A stretch of 64,000 nt of DNA from Candidatus Saccharimonadales bacterium (GCA_038231155.1 JBBRLY010000013.1:132305-196304), one strand, 5' to 3'; positions 36,571 to 46,049 are shown, numbered from the stretch's first letter. Numbers and translations: made by a program. Notes: generated by a model not told the origin, from the sequence alone.

Positions 36571-37787
36571 GCAAACCTCTTACCAAAGAGCTCATGATAA
36601 ACCACCTGAACATAACCTTTTAAGTAAAGGTGATCAAAATAAGCTGCCTTATCCTTAAGTTTGTGACTAAACTTAGGATGTAACTGCTGAGTTAAGTTAA
36701 TACTGGTTTCAAGGGCTTTTTGTAACCCTGGGTTTAGGTGCTTTTGTTTCAAGGCTGACAGGTTCTCGTTGTGAAAAATTTGCATACCCTCTCCCATAAT
36801 AGTCGGCGTTTCAGCAATGCGCTTAAGGTCCAACTGATGAGGAAAGGTTTGTGCTTGTTGTAGTGCTCCAGCAATATACAAGTTAATCATTGTTCTTAAA
36901 CACTTGTCACACTGACCACAGTTATAAGTACCTTTGGTATTCATATAACATACTCTTAGGTATTTAAGAGCAATCGGGGACTTGGCTAATAGACTGGTGA
37001 CTTTATTAAGCCTGGTGGACTCAGTGCCGTCATGAATAAACGTTGTTTTCTCAGTGCTCCAGTTGTTATCGAGTGCCAAGTTGGAACCATGATTAGTTTG
37101 CTGTTCTTTAGAATGAGTTGAAGGGATATAGATCCGATTAAAACCCCTTCGTAAAAATAAGCCAACCGCTGCTAAACAGCCGCCGTGTATATAGTCCCAT
37201 GAGATAATTGGGTTGAGTAGTTCGAGGGAGTTAATATTGCTTTCAACGACAATTAAATCTACCTGGCCATCATCTGCAATGTTTTCTAAATTATGAGTAG
37301 CTAATTTCCAAAGTCGTTTATTGCGCGGATCAATGTCATTGCCGTTGTTTACAAAAATTAAACTATCTACTTTAGTATTGTTGTTATTATCTTTAGTGTG
37401 TTTTAAATAGGTGTAGAAAGAATCTACTCCCCCGGAGAAAAAAGTACCGACCTTAGTTGGTCGATAATTATCTTCCGTCAGTTTATCGGCCACTATTTTT
37501 ATTGGCTTTAGACCAATATCCCAGCCTAGCACTTCATCGATGATTATCTGCATCCCGTCGTATAATTGCTTGGATATACTGCCTTTAATAATTAAATCCT
37601 CACCTTGTTTCATAGCCGGAATAAGCATTGCCGCTGCAAATGGACTGGCATCATTTAAAATATCTGTACGGTTTTTAGATGCAACTTTAAAATAAACTGT
37701 GTCCCAGCCAATTTTACGTATCTTACAGCGGGCCGTCAGACTGGTGCTAGTTTTAGTATGACTAAGCTGTACGTCTTTAATAATCAT
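36567..37787 (-). CDS. QueC-like PP-loop ATP pyrophosphatase with extra N- and C-terminal domains (paralog B)
   Basis: FFSGGVDSFYTY and VCYMNTKGTYNCGQCDKCLRT. Roughly half of residues are identical to paralog A overall, and many more in the first ~75 aa. I prefer the start at MIIKD (ATG 37787). Confidence 0.6.
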   Translation of the reverse strand: MIIKDVQLSHTKTSTSLTARCKIRKIGWDTVYFKVASKNRTDILNDASPFAAAMLIPAMKQGEDLIIKGSISKQLYDGMQIIIDEVLGWDIGLKPIKIVADKLTEDNYRPTKVGTFFSGGVDSFYTYLKHTKDNNNNTKVDSLIFVNNGNDIDPRNKRLWKLATHNLENIADDGQVDLIVVESNINSLELLNPIISWDYIHGGCLAAVGLFLRRGFNRIYIPSTHSKEQQTNHGSNLALDNNWSTEKTTFIHDGTESTRLNKVTSLLAKSPIALKYLRVCYMNTKGTYNCGQCDKCLRTMINLYIAGALQQAQTFPHQLDLKRIAETPTIMGEGMQIFHNENLSALKQKHLNPGLQKALETSINLTQQLHPKFSHKLKDKAAYFDHLYLKGYVQVVYHELFGKRFA

Positions 37788-37841
37788 AAACAATTACTCT
37801 ATATCATCCATTAACATTTATTTGCTTATTATACAACATAA

Positions 37842-40800
37842 TTACTTATATATGTTAACATCACCGTTACTATAAAGAAGATTTTTATTCTGATTTAATA
37901 TCTGCATCGGATATTGGTACTGAATAATATCGCCGTTATATAAAAGGCTAGCTTTGTCGTCGTGAACATTGGTATATCCCATAAACACATAACTATCTTT
38001 ACGAATTAAGCCCGGATAAATATCGTTAGAATTGTCATAACCAACGATGTCAGGGAACTTAATTAAATTATAATGGTCAGCTTGAATAAATGATTGAATG
38101 CGATCTGGAGTATTAAGACCGCCGTTAGTTTTAAGCCATTGGTATCCTAATAATTCGGTCTTATGGGTATAGTAAAGTTCATAATCCAATCCACTGTTAT
38201 TAAAATTAAGTTGGCCGGTATAGCCACCAACAAGCTGAGTAAAAAAGCCTGTGGTTGATAAGAAAAATATCATTGCAATTATAACTGGTAAGGATCTAGA
38301 AAATAATTTGCCAGGTATTAATCTAGATATTAGTAAGCTTCCTATTACGATAAAAATCGACAGTATCATGAGCGTTTGTTGAAAGGCACGTAAAATTCCA
38401 TAATCAATCGATACGACCGGTAATATTACCTGCAAAAAAACAAATATTATGCTAGCAACCGCCAATGCAAAAAACTCAGCATTTAAGAGTTTATCACGCT
38501 GTTTTCTAAAAATTACATAGGCCAATCCTATTAATACAAATATCTGCAGCAGTTTAGCAGTAGCTTGTCTAAAAGCCCCGTTAAATGCCTGTACATTTAG
38601 CCCTATGTTTTGAAGGCCGCGTCCCAGTATAGTTAAGCCAAGCGTGGAGTTGGCAAGTGGTGTAATATTGCTTAACTCAGGAGCTGATTGGGGATAAAAA
38701 TCATTTGGTTGCTTGGCTCTTGCCGGTTGTACGACTTTAGACTTAAAGTTTTTAACCTCATCGGCATTACTTTTATTGCCTAGTGAAATAAGGCTATACC
38801 CAGTATCAGTGGAACGTGATTCTAAAACGCTAAACTGTTTGGTTACAGCCGCAAAAGTGGATTTAGCGACTTGCAATGCCCCATTGCCAGTATTTGTTAA
38901 AGTTGTCCAGCTAAAACTTAGAAAAACAATACCAGCTACCAACGAAACACTTAGTTGAGGTTGATCTCGGTCAGCTTTTTTAACAAGTAGAGGTAAAGAA
39001 GTATTTTTAAATGGTCGCCAACGTTTAAGCCGCCGTACTATAAATAGTATTACTGGTCTGGCTATTAGTGCCACACCAAAGATTGCAATTGCCGAATATG
39101 TCGTGGAGTAATGCGATAAAACCAAGCCGACTGCTAACGCTAAAAATAAGCCTTTTTGTAAACTCTTTTTAATTCCGCTGCTAAAAACGATGTAGAGCAA
39201 TAAACTAAAAAACAAAAATCCTAATTCTTGACGGTTTAGACTGGGCATATCGGTAAAAAAAGTCGGGAAAGCTATAAAATAGATTACCGATACAAAGGCC
39301 AAAGCCCTAGATACCCAACGACGCATAAACAAATAAATAACTATTGGGCAAAGCGCAAAAATAATTTGATAGTAAAGTTTGAATATATAAGTATCGCTAG
39401 ACTTCAGCAAATTAAATAACATCGTTGGCAGTAAAGTTATACTCAAACAAGCGTTATAAGGATCACGGAACTTTTGAATTTGCCAAACACCGTTATTTTT
39501 AGCCAATTCAAATACCTTAAATTCTTGCTGAATATCATGGCCGCTGATATACCATGAGCGTAGAGACGTCATTAAAAGTAAAGATAAAGCAGATAAGAAC
39601 ATGCCCCAGCAAATGACGCTATCATTAAGACGTTTGCTTAAATAAACTAAGGCCGTGCTATATCCAGCAATTGCCCAAATCATAATGAAGGTCCAGGGCT
39701 CACCAACTCCGTTATTTAGAGCCGTTGCTCCCATAACTGCTAAGGCCACAAAGCTCAATGGTGTAAGCACTAAAATAAGGTTTAGCCTATCGCCAAACAG
39801 CTTTTTTAATTTACTACCTGCTGCCTTTATATCTATAGACAATCGTCGCCAGCTAAATATGGCCAAGACTGCCAAAAGTAAGCTAATTTCATCAATTAAA
39901 TAGTTGGTTTGCAAAGGCCGTAGTACTCCAAACCATTGCAATACGGTATTACCAATTAATCCAACTAGCATTAGCTCAAGTAAACTTAAACCGACAGTCA
40001 ATACCAACTTTCCCCAGGCAGGTAAACTTTTTATTCTAAGACCTATAAGCGTCAGAAACCCAGGAACAATCATAAGAAAACTAAATCCCAGGCTATTGAC
40101 AACAACAGCTGATAGGCTCGAACTGCTCCTCGCTAATATATAAATTACCCACCACGCCAATAATCCTACATAAAAACCCAACTTAACTAATTGTTTTGTT
40201 GATTTATTTTTATCTGGAATAGGATCAGGTTTAGCTTGCAATCGCTGATACATTGCTTTCAGTTTGTTTACTTGGTTAGGCCAGCTCAACTGTTTGGCAA
40301 ATTCATGACTAGCTCGCGACAATGGTTCGAGTGATCTTTCCTTATAATTCTCAATAAAATCATTAATTGCGACGGTGAAGTTCTGCGGTGATGGGTTCGG
40401 TACCGTGGTACCAATATCCTTAAGGTGTTCGGTAATCCCAGGAACTTCTGAACCAATAATCGGTAAGCCCGTCGCCATAGACTCTAACAACGTAATTGGC
40501 ATACCTTCGGAGTCTGACGGCAATATAAAAACATCTGCTCGCTTGTAAAATCGTTTCAGAGCTTTGCCGTGCTTAGAACCATGAAATTTTACGTGTTTAA
40601 GCTGTAAATAACGAACTAGTGCTTCGAGTCCCTGTCGCTCTTCGCCATCTCCAACAATATCTAATTGATAGGGATATTTAAGCTCGTCTAGAGCCCGAAT
40701 TAGTCTATCGACTCGTTTTTGGAAGCTTAACCTTCCAACAAATAAAAGACGAATTTTATTATGTAACTTTTTACGTGGTCGATATAAATTTAAATAATCT

Positions 40801-41363
40801 TCAGAAACTCCATTGGGAATAACTTGTACCTGCTCAGGTACAAGCTGATATTTTTCTATCACAAAGGCTCGTTGTTGTTTAGAAAAAACAATCACTTTTG
40901 CGGCATCTTTAATAACTTTAGAAAGCACAAACTTTTTATATACTAAAAACAACTTACCCAAACTTCCAGAAGGCATTAAATCAAGGTGAAAATGGACTAC
41001 ATAAGGGATACCTCTTAATTTTGAAGTGAGCCAAACCAATTCTGGATAAAAAGCTTGGGCTAAATGCAGGTGAATTATCGATCGTTTCGGTAGACGGAGT
41101 AACTGCCATAGCAGCCCTGGTGCAATCGGAGTGTGAGCAATTTCAAAAGCTTTTAGCCTAAAAATCTGTAGGCTTCCTATTTTTTCTTTACCAGATTGTT
41201 TTGGATCTTGACCAATTGACGAAGTTAAGACTTTAACCGGATAGTTCAAGCTGGCTAGAATTTCAGAAATTTTTTGTGCTACAACTTCTGAACCGCCAAG
41301 GTGTGGTGGATAATATCCGACAACTTGAACTATGGTTGGTAAGTTTGGTTTAGCTAACTTCAT
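37842..41363 (-). CDS. Fusion: GT4 glycosyltransferase (N, ~375 aa) + ~790-aa polytopic membrane domain (polymerase/GT-C-like)
   Basis: The N-terminus has the GT4 hallmarks (GGSEVV, FVGRLSFQKR, SDSEGMPITLLESMATGLPIIGS). From about aa 385 there are roughly 20 hydrophobic helices and a ~120-aa soluble tail. Confidence 0.7.
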   Translation of the reverse strand: MKLAKPNLPTIVQVVGYYPPHLGGSEVVAQKISEILASLNYPVKVLTSSIGQDPKQSGKEKIGSLQIFRLKAFEIAHTPIAPGLLWQLLRLPKRSIIHLHLAQAFYPELVWLTSKLRGIPYVVHFHLDLMPSGSLGKLFLVYKKFVLSKVIKDAAKVIVFSKQQRAFVIEKYQLVPEQVQVIPNGVSEDYLNLYRPRKKLHNKIRLLFVGRLSFQKRVDRLIRALDELKYPYQLDIVGDGEERQGLEALVRYLQLKHVKFHGSKHGKALKRFYKRADVFILPSDSEGMPITLLESMATGLPIIGSEVPGITEHLKDIGTTVPNPSPQNFTVAINDFIENYKERSLEPLSRASHEFAKQLSWPNQVNKLKAMYQRLQAKPDPIPDKNKSTKQLVKLGFYVGLLAWWVIYILARSSSSLSAVVVNSLGFSFLMIVPGFLTLIGLRIKSLPAWGKLVLTVGLSLLELMLVGLIGNTVLQWFGVLRPLQTNYLIDEISLLLAVLAIFSWRRLSIDIKAAGSKLKKLFGDRLNLILVLTPLSFVALAVMGATALNNGVGEPWTFIMIWAIAGYSTALVYLSKRLNDSVICWGMFLSALSLLLMTSLRSWYISGHDIQQEFKVFELAKNNGVWQIQKFRDPYNACLSITLLPTMLFNLLKSSDTYIFKLYYQIIFALCPIVIYLFMRRWVSRALAFVSVIYFIAFPTFFTDMPSLNRQELGFLFFSLLLYIVFSSGIKKSLQKGLFLALAVGLVLSHYSTTYSAIAIFGVALIARPVILFIVRRLKRWRPFKNTSLPLLVKKADRDQPQLSVSLVAGIVFLSFSWTTLTNTGNGALQVAKSTFAAVTKQFSVLESRSTDTGYSLISLGNKSNADEVKNFKSKVVQPARAKQPNDFYPQSAPELSNITPLANSTLGLTILGRGLQNIGLNVQAFNGAFRQATAKLLQIFVLIGLAYVIFRKQRDKLLNAEFFALAVASIIFVFLQVILPVVSIDYGILRAFQQTLMILSIFIVIGSLLISRLIPGKLFSRSLPVIIAMIFFLSTTGFFTQLVGGYTGQLNFNNSGLDYELYYTHKTELLGYQWLKTNGGLNTPDRIQSFIQADHYNLIKFPDIVGYDNSNDIYPGLIRKDSYVFMGYTNVHDDKASLLYNGDIIQYQYPMQILNQNKNLLYSNGDVNIYK

Positions 41364-44300
41364 AATACTTTTGACAATTGTCCAAGAATTTTTATATAAA
41401 GTCGGCTAGTAGTTCGTGATTGCTTTTGCCAATCGTAAGAAGAAACAACTTTGGTACGAGCAGCTTGTCCCATGCTTTTAATTTTTGATGGATTATCTAA
41501 TAGGTTGATGATCTTCCTAGCCAGGTTATCGGAATCGCCTGGTGCTACTATGTAGCCATCTTTTTGATTTGATACCATATGCGGGATATTTCCAACCGCA
41601 GTACTTATAACCGGCAGCCCACAACTCATAGCTTCTAAAATAGATAATGGAATATTGTCATTTAGGCTTGGTAAAATAAAGACTGAGGCTTGCTGATAAG
41701 CCTTTACTAATGCCTCGCCCTGTAAAGCACCTAAAAAGTGTACCGATTTAGTCAGTCGCAGTTGATCAACCTTTTTTTGAAAGTAAGACAAATTACTGCC
41801 ACCACCAACCACAATCAGTTCAGCTTTGGGGTTATGTTTGGTGACGTCGGTCATTGCCAGCAGTAAAATATCCAAACCTTTATGCTTTGAAGATTTATTT
41901 AAATCGGCTACAAATAAAAGCCGATCCTTAATATTTAAATTAGCTGGGGAAAATAAACTACTATCAACCCCAGGTTCAATAGTGGTTGACAATTGTTTAT
42001 AGCGACTTTTAAGGTATTGCTTAACGGTATCAGAGGCACTAATCATAGCTTGGGATTTTTTAAGCGTTGATGGCAAGATTAGATCTTCATAAACATTAAT
42101 TGCAGCGTCGGCAATAGAGCGACCTTTTTTCATACTGACCATATGATAAGTCAATACAATTGGCACTTTGTGATGGGCTAGTCTTACCATATCTGCTAAA
42201 TATGGTACTGGAGCGTGGCTGTTAATAATATCAATTTTTTCAGACTTAATAACTCGTTGAAGCATAAACGGCCATAAGGGATTAATCGGCGTATTGGAAA
42301 CTTTAAACCAGTAGGGAAGATGATAGATTGTTAGGCCATTTGAATTATTTTTCTGAGTAAATAATCCGCGATTTCCGGAGGTAGCTACTACTACATTCCA
42401 ACGAGGATCAGCTTGTATCAGTTGAGCTAGGTGATAAGCATAGTTTTCTTGACCCCCGATATGCGGCGGGAAGTAAGGTGCTGCAACTAATGCATTGAGG
42501 GGCATTTGTTTCCAACTTTGCCCGTTAGTGGTATAAGTTACAGCTGGTTTATTAGCTATATATTTTAAAACAGTCTCTAGCTTGGCCCAATCGTGATTTT
42601 GATCGATTTCCCATGAATGTCCCCATAAGTGATAAACACCCCCAGTACGCTGTACACGGTCAAACATAGCTATTGCCAGTTTATCCCACTTTAGATAGCT
42701 TATAAATTTTTTAGGATTAAAATTGGCAAAACGAGCTATTTTATAAATATCCAACCAATGACTATAAGCATGAATAGTAGTCGATGTTTCAAATACTGAT
42801 TTGTCTCTTTGAAAAACATGACGACGGACTGTACGAGCGTACTGATAACCAGCTCGATTTACCATTCTGACGTGATCTTGATTATACTGACCCCTGGGAT
42901 AGCAAAAACTAGTGACCGATTTACCAATCAATTTCTCCAGGTAGCTTTTGGACTGAGTTATTTCAGCAGCCGCTTGGCGCTTACTTATTTTAGGTAGTTG
43001 AGGGTGTGTTAAGGTGTGGGCACCAATTTCAAAATGACGACTAAGCGATACCACCTGTTCATCTTTTAATCTCTTAGTTGATCTAATTTCTTGGTTTTTA
43101 GGTGCAATGTAAAAAGTACCGGCAATATTGTATTTTTTAAGTAAATTGGCTAACTTAATATCTAGAATGTGACCATCATCCCAACTTGTAGTAACAATAG
43201 TTTTTGATTCTGGGGAGTAGTCTGGTTCAATTAGCGAGTTATAAATTTCATCTAGCTGAGCACTTACCTTAGACAAAGCAAAATGTTTAAGCGCATATTG
43301 ACGAGAGTAATTTGACATTTTTTTAAGCGAGACTTGGTCCTTAGTCAAAGATTTTAAAGTTAAACTTATTTGTTTTACCGTAGGTTTAATAAGTTTGAAT
43401 AGTGTCTTATCTAGATGATAACGCTTATAACCATCGTCGTCTGATGTAACAACAGGTAAGCCGCTGGCCATAGCTTCTTGAATTGTTAACGGAAACCCCT
43501 CGTCGCTCGATGGTAATACAAATATATCGGCTGCCTTATATAAATCGGCTAGCTGTGGCTGAGTTAGAATTCCCGCCAACTTAAGGCCTGGACTATTAAA
43601 TATTGGATCACTAGTATTACTACCGGCAAAAACTAGGTCATAGTCTGGACTGACACTTTTAAGTAATTTTAAGTAACCTTTTTTAGGTACAAAACGACCT
43701 ACAAACAAAACTACTTTTTTGCTTCCAAAGCCATACATACTTCTTAATCGTCGTTTTTCAGCAGAAGTCGGTGGGTTAAATAATTGAGTGTCTACACCGT
43801 TAATAATAGGTACAATCTTAATCTTATCAACACTACGATCTACTAAGAACTTATCAACCCTGTCGTTTAGTGTTAAAATTTTTTGACTAGACTTTAATAC
43901 CCACCGACCTGACGTTGCATACAACAGGTTTTGTAAGTACCCTACAATCTTTTTAGGGTGAGTTACAGTTGCTACATGCTGCGTAAGGACTAATGGTTTT
44001 TTATAAAGTTTGGCAAACAGGGCTCCAAAAAAGGTAGACATATAGAGACTGTCATGAACATGGACAATATCAGTTTGTTTAATTTCTCTATCAAGAACCG
44101 ATAGTAGTCTAGGTGAAAATATCGGGTAGGGAACGCCAAATTTTTCACCAAGATTAAAAACCCGAACCCTAATAACTTTTATTCTATTATCTAAATTAGT
44201 AGGTTCGGCGCGTCCGATCTTACTTGTAATAACTGTGACTGAATAACCTAATTTTGTTAATTGACGTGCTTGTGACTGTGCCACGTATTCAATTCCACCT

Positions 44301-44365
44301 TGGTGAGGTGGATAATAGTGACAAACAATTGTGATCCGTTTATTATGATTATTCTTCCTGGGCAT
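41360..44365 (-). CDS. Triple fusion: GT4 glycosyltransferase - NodB-type polysaccharide deacetylase - GT4 glycosyltransferase
   Basis: GT4-1: FVGRFVPKKG and SSDEGFPLTIQEAMASGLPVV. NodB: TTSWDDGH, HTLTHP and CYPRG. GT4-2: PPHIGGQENY and PSLNDNIPLSILEAMSCGLPVIST. Confidence 0.75.
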   Translation of the reverse strand: MPRKNNHNKRITIVCHYYPPHQGGIEYVAQSQARQLTKLGYSVTVITSKIGRAEPTNLDNRIKVIRVRVFNLGEKFGVPYPIFSPRLLSVLDREIKQTDIVHVHDSLYMSTFFGALFAKLYKKPLVLTQHVATVTHPKKIVGYLQNLLYATSGRWVLKSSQKILTLNDRVDKFLVDRSVDKIKIVPIINGVDTQLFNPPTSAEKRRLRSMYGFGSKKVVLFVGRFVPKKGYLKLLKSVSPDYDLVFAGSNTSDPIFNSPGLKLAGILTQPQLADLYKAADIFVLPSSDEGFPLTIQEAMASGLPVVTSDDDGYKRYHLDKTLFKLIKPTVKQISLTLKSLTKDQVSLKKMSNYSRQYALKHFALSKVSAQLDEIYNSLIEPDYSPESKTIVTTSWDDGHILDIKLANLLKKYNIAGTFYIAPKNQEIRSTKRLKDEQVVSLSRHFEIGAHTLTHPQLPKISKRQAAAEITQSKSYLEKLIGKSVTSFCYPRGQYNQDHVRMVNRAGYQYARTVRRHVFQRDKSVFETSTTIHAYSHWLDIYKIARFANFNPKKFISYLKWDKLAIAMFDRVQRTGGVYHLWGHSWEIDQNHDWAKLETVLKYIANKPAVTYTTNGQSWKQMPLNALVAAPYFPPHIGGQENYAYHLAQLIQADPRWNVVVATSGNRGLFTQKNNSNGLTIYHLPYWFKVSNTPINPLWPFMLQRVIKSEKIDIINSHAPVPYLADMVRLAHHKVPIVLTYHMVSMKKGRSIADAAINVYEDLILPSTLKKSQAMISASDTVKQYLKSRYKQLSTTIEPGVDSSLFSPANLNIKDRLLFVADLNKSSKHKGLDILLLAMTDVTKHNPKAELIVVGGGSNLSYFQKKVDQLRLTKSVHFLGALQGEALVKAYQQASVFILPSLNDNIPLSILEAMSCGLPVISTAVGNIPHMVSNQKDGYIVAPGDSDNLARKIINLLDNPSKIKSMGQAARTKVVSSYDWQKQSRTTSRLYIKILGQLSKVL

Positions 44366-45125
44366 GAGGTATTATCTTGTAGTCGCTGTCGAGACGATTC
44401 GTCATCACTGTATTATTCTTAGGCACTACATATCTCCTGAAAGGCTTTAGAGTCAAACGCTTATAGATTAAATGCACTGTATTACCAACGCCGTCCCTAA
44501 AAGTATTAAGCTTAACTTCACCGGCTCTAGCACGGTAGGTTATTGGTACTTCAGCTGTTCTGTAACCTTTGGTATAAGCCTCGATCTTTAATTCTTGTGA
44601 AAAAGGCATTCCCGAAGATCGCACATCTAAGTGATCCCATATCGATCTTTTAAATATCCACATACCAGATTGTGAGTCTTTGTGTGGTAAGCCGAATAAA
44701 GTTTTAGTCATAAATGTTAATAAATAGTTACCAAATCTATGTGAATAGGTCATATTATCCCGACTTATACTCGGTAGCCTATTAGTAGTTATAAAATCTA
44801 GTTCATCATCATGTATTTTTTGGATAATTTCCGGTAAGGTATCAAAAGGGTAAGATAAATCAGCATCACCGGTGGCAATAATATCACCGGTAGCATTAGC
44901 AAAACCAGCTTTATAAGCGTTACCGTAACCGCGGATTGGCTGGACAATTACCGTAGCACCGTGTGACCTAGCAATATGCGGTGTTCGATCGGTTGAACCA
45001 TTGTCGATAACTAAGATTTCAACGTCATAACCTCTTTTAGATAATTTTTTTATGGGTATCTCTTTAAGTACAGGGCCAATGCCTTGCTCTTCGTTAAGTG
45101 CCGGTATTACAATCGATAACTTCAT
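44349..45125 (-). CDS. GT2 glycosyltransferase (polyprenol-phosphate sugar synthase, DPM1-like)
   Basis: LSIVIPALNEE, VIDNGSTDRT and GDADLSYP motifs. ATG 45125 forms an ATGA overlap with the upstream gene. Confidence 0.8.
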   Translation of the reverse strand: MKLSIVIPALNEEQGIGPVLKEIPIKKLSKRGYDVEILVIDNGSTDRTPHIARSHGATVIVQPIRGYGNAYKAGFANATGDIIATGDADLSYPFDTLPEIIQKIHDDELDFITTNRLPSISRDNMTYSHRFGNYLLTFMTKTLFGLPHKDSQSGMWIFKRSIWDHLDVRSSGMPFSQELKIEAYTKGYRTAEVPITYRARAGEVKLNTFRDGVGNTVHLIYKRLTLKPFRRYVVPKNNTVMTNRLDSDYKIIPHAQEE

Positions 45126-45592
45126 GCTTTCCTCGCGACCCAAAAGTCAATACTTTGATTAGTACCAGTGATATTTACGCTAACTAAAACCCTTGTACTA
45201 GTTAAAGGTATTGCCAATTTTAGAGGTATTAACTGAACAATAGCTTTCTTAACGCTAACAGTATGATTCACTAGAACTTGAGTATTTAAACCGTCTCCAA
45301 CGCTTACCGTATAACCGTAATGCATATCACGTTGTTCAAGATTATGTAAGGCAAATGTAAAATTGATTGGTTTATTTGAAGTGTAAACAACCGGTAGAAT
45401 TGGCGGTTTGACAAAATAAAGTTCAGTTAGTCTTTCGGGTTGATGCGACGAAGCGTTAGTTATCGCTTCAGCTGTCGCTTTGTGATACTGTGATGAGTTT
45501 TGAACAATTTTAAAAGCTGCAAAAATAATAAATGCTACGCCTAAGAATAGATAAATTTTTTGCAATTTATTAGTCCGCTTTATTTCCGGCAT
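45122..45592 (-). CDS. Membrane-anchored hypothetical protein, first gene of the glycan operon
   Basis: A single N-terminal TM helix (IYLFLGVAFIIFAAFKIV) followed by a beta-rich ectodomain. Confidence 0.5.
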   Translation of the reverse strand: MPEIKRTNKLQKIYLFLGVAFIIFAAFKIVQNSSQYHKATAEAITNASSHQPERLTELYFVKPPILPVVYTSNKPINFTFALHNLEQRDMHYGYTVSVGDGLNTQVLVNHTVSVKKAIVQLIPLKLAIPLTSTRVLVSVNITGTNQSIDFWVARKA

Positions 45593-45833
45593 TTAAATTC
45601 CTCGGCGTATTCTACTGGAGCTTATTATTTATATAGGACGTTCCTCCCACCCAGAGCGTTATATATTAAATGTAACATGTTTATGATAATTTGTATAGTG
45701 CTTGTACTATTAACTTGACGATCAGACGAACTCATAAACTTATACAGATTTAAATAGATTGAATCTGTAATTAATCTAATATCGTTGATTTTAAATTTAT
45801 TTATACTAGAAATTGTTAAACAAGGAGTTGTAT

Positions 45834-46049
45834 ATGTTAAAACAGTTTTTTGCAAAACAAGGTCAAATAAATGATTCAGTCGATGATCCAGTCGTTGAAG
45901 ATGTCCTTGATAAACAAGGTTTAGCCGCAGAAAATCTAGACATTCGTGACCGTGAAGAGTTACAGCATGATCTTAAAGATCAAGGATCTACCGGTTTTGT
46001 ATTAAGTGACGACGAAGACGAACTAGAGACGTCAGAAGATGCCGAATAA
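45834..46049 (+). CDS. Small highly acidic protein (71 aa)
   Basis: AGGAG lies 7 nt upstream of ATG 45834. The C-terminus is Asp/Glu-rich (SDDEDELETSEDAE). Confidence 0.45.
   Translation: MLKQFFAKQGQINDSVDDPVVEDVLDKQGLAAENLDIRDREELQHDLKDQGSTGFVLSDDEDELETSEDAE

Noticed and set aside
45625-45855. The 76-aa ORF on the minus strand in the 45.6-45.8 kb intergenic region.
   Set aside because: It lies in an AT-rich divergent promoter region, has low-complexity Ile/Asn/Leu-rich sequence and no RBS, and overlaps the RBS and start of the acidic protein gene.
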